Shown: positions 61,958-64,000 of the stretch, piece by piece
Layout: each line of letters begins with the position of its first letter
How positions within the stretch are numbered: the stretch's first letter is position 1
Assembly: GCA_003971905.1 (NCBI GenBank)
Contig: RSEE01000066.1
Location: 248,001 to 312,000, forward strand
DNA from: Moniliella sp. 'wahieum'
Taxonomy: Eukaryota
Length of the DNA stretch: 64,000 nucleotides
Reading direction: 5' to 3'
Position numbers and translations under genes: made by a program
The notes under the pieces: generated by a model
What the model saw: the letters and a program-made list of their open reading frames with translations, nothing else
What the model was told of the DNA's origin: nothing
Database searches by the model: none

Positions 61958-62499
61958 GTGTTGTGTGTCGGGGGCTGCAACTGCAAAAGCGCAGATGCGA
62001 GAGAGAGAAGAGACGGATGGATGGTGGCGAGTGGGCCGAGTGGGCTGTCGTGGGCAGGATGAGCGAAGTAGTGGCAAAGCCAGCGCAGCTCATCAGCGGC
62101 TGTGGGCAACGATGGCGGCGCCTGTACGCCAACACCCCTATAGGGTGTGAGTAGCTTATTGGAGACCAAGTAGCCCGAACAGCTCCTAGCTGTGCTCCAC
62201 ATCCGGGGGGGCAATCGGAGCACCACCCATCACAATACCCATCACCCATCGTCGGAGCATCTGAGTATTTCACATTTCACATTTCAGACTCAGCGCAGCC
62301 AGCCCGTGGCTTATCATCGATCGAGCATTGGCCAGTACCTCCAGACCGCCGCATTTGGGGCACGTGATCAGGCGGACTGGCCTTCCGCCCGGGGCGGAAT
62401 CTGCACAACTTCTCGCGTCTCTGCCGCCCTTGCGCTTTCCCCTCCCGACCCATCCCTCCCACGAGCAGCGCCGACCGACCTGCCAGGCTCTCCTCCACG

Positions 62500-63295
62500 A
62501 TGGTCCTCGCCTGTGTTGGCTCTGTGCTGCGCCCCCGTGCGTCGGGCGTGCTTCTTCCGCGCCTCTCCCGCCCGCTCTCCTTGTCGGCTGCCGCGCGGAG
62601 CCAGGCCCCGTCCGCCTCGAAGTCTGCCCCCGCCGCCACGGAGGCCGAGTCCGACGCTCCGTCCAAGGCCGGCAAGGACAAGGCGTTCGTGCCCCGCTAC
62701 CCCTTCTCCAAGAATGTCATGACCCGCGTCGAGATTCCCAAGTGGCCTGAGCAGAAACCCCACGAACCCAAGCGCGAGCGCATCAACAAGAACATTCCCC
62801 ATCCAGATGGCGCTCGTGCGCGAGGTGGACCCTGAACATGCCAAGTGGCGCCTGTTCAAGAACAAGACCAGGACCCAGATCCCCATGGGCTCCATCCTCT
62901 CCGTTGACATTTGGACCAACGCGATGGCCAAGCACTCCTTCACCACCGTGTCGGGTGTGCTGATGGCGGTCCATCGCCGTGGGACGGGTACGACGTTCCG
63001 TCTGCGTACGCTCGTCGAAAAGTTGGGTGTGGAGCAGATCATCCCGCTCTTCTCCCCTGCCATCAAGGACATCCACATCGTCAAGCGTGCCCTGGGCCGT
63101 GACTCGACTCGCGACCAACGCAAGGCGCTGGCCCTCACCCCCTTCCGTCGCTTCCGCCGCGCCAAGCTGTACATGATCCGCAAGGACGATCGCTGGATCA
63201 AGCATGTTCCCAACCTCGTCAAGGCCGACCGCCTACAGCGACAGCAGGCATCCCAAAAGTCTTCGGCTGGTGGCAAGCGCATGTTTACTCGTTGA
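62500..63295 (+). CDS. MRPL19: Mitochondrial ribosomal protein bL19m
   Basis: Targeting-like N-terminus; GSILSV...SGVLMAVHRRGTGTTFRLR...GVEQIIPLFSPAIKDI...RRAKLYMIR; one frameshift. Confidence 0.88.
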
Positions 63296-64000
63296 GGCAC
63301 TGGGGACAACCGTATGGATGCTGATTTGCCCACAGGAAGGCGGCCGCTGTGCCTCGAGTCTTTTGTAGGTGGTGGTAGAACAGCCGGTGCGAGCAGGTAT
63401 GGTAGAGCTGAGCTGGACAAACTCAGGTTGCGTCAAACCGATAAAATAGTCTACTCAGCGGAGGCACCGGGACTCTTTGTCCACGATGGGGCGAGCCGTC
63501 GGCATCGTCGGCTGTGGGAGAGATGGCGGGCCATGTAGCAGCTGCACATCGATACCACATTTTTTAGATCTCATCCATTCAGCAGAACTGAGAAATAAGG
63601 GTGGACCCAACACGTCTTTTGCCAGATTTGTGGCTGTGTTCTCTCCCTCTGCACCACCCGACTGTGTATTGTTCGCTTCCATCTGAGCGAACCACAACTA
63701 TCCCGCAATCATGGCCGCTTTGAGATCTGATCCTGAGTTGGCTCGGAGCATGCACATTTTTTTTCTCACAGACTACAAGTACACCCAGCAGCATGATGTC
63801 GGGCCTCTGGGAGCGAGGTTCACCATGTTCACTACTACAGTGACTGTAGTGCCCAAGTTCGCAATTAGTAAGCCGTTTCCTCTCCCTCCTTCTTCGAACC
63901 TCTGTCTTTCTTTTACACACCGCGAGGGGAAGGGGTATCCAGGACTCCCGAACGTTGGCATCCCCTCTCCGCCCAGATAGGCAAGGCTGCCTTCGCCGGC

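Noticed and set aside
513..63295. Mass pseudogenisation or programmed frameshifting suggested by frameshifts in nearly every gene
   Set aside because: Core genes (HSP90, SEC31, NOT3) all show scattered single-base indels while their motifs stay intact. This is typical of unpolished long-read assembly error.
63300..64000. Possible partial minus-strand gene at the window end
   Set aside because: Only short fragmented ORFs with no recognisable motif; a call cannot be supported.

Overview
GC-rich eukaryotic nuclear DNA from a fungus, probably a basidiomycete (Ustilaginomycotina-like; inferred from gene content, short GT-AG introns with CTRAC branch sites and intron-containing tRNAs). Almost every conserved gene is broken by single-base indels, most likely uncorrected long-read errors, so CDS limits are approximate. 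The backbone is housekeeping genes: HSP90, CGR1, SEC31, a beta-flanking-like gene, AOX, TOM20, a PX-domain protein, CCC1/VIT1, a RecQ1-like helicase, a CTI6-like PHD protein, an M28 peptidase, a YFH7-like kinase, a PRB1-like subtilisin, an RTC3-like gene, SLC1, NOT3/5, mitochondrial L19 and five tRNA genes. The most notable structure is at 10.5-17 kb. A family of short non-autonomous Helitrons occurs there (plus one copy at 26.4 kb), together with a CRE-clade-like (RT + restriction-like endonuclease) non-LTR retrotransposon. All four retrotransposon 3' ends join the same YATAG site a few nt from a Helitron 5' terminus, antisense to the Helitron. This suggests a Helitron-end-targeting retrotransposon and a composite Helitron carrying it. 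Also present are three solo LTRs (two near tRNA genes), a CAA-anticodon tRNA with a short variable loop, an Ala-rich protein with GYGST repeats, and recurrent 7-bp TGA-N4 intergenic arrays.
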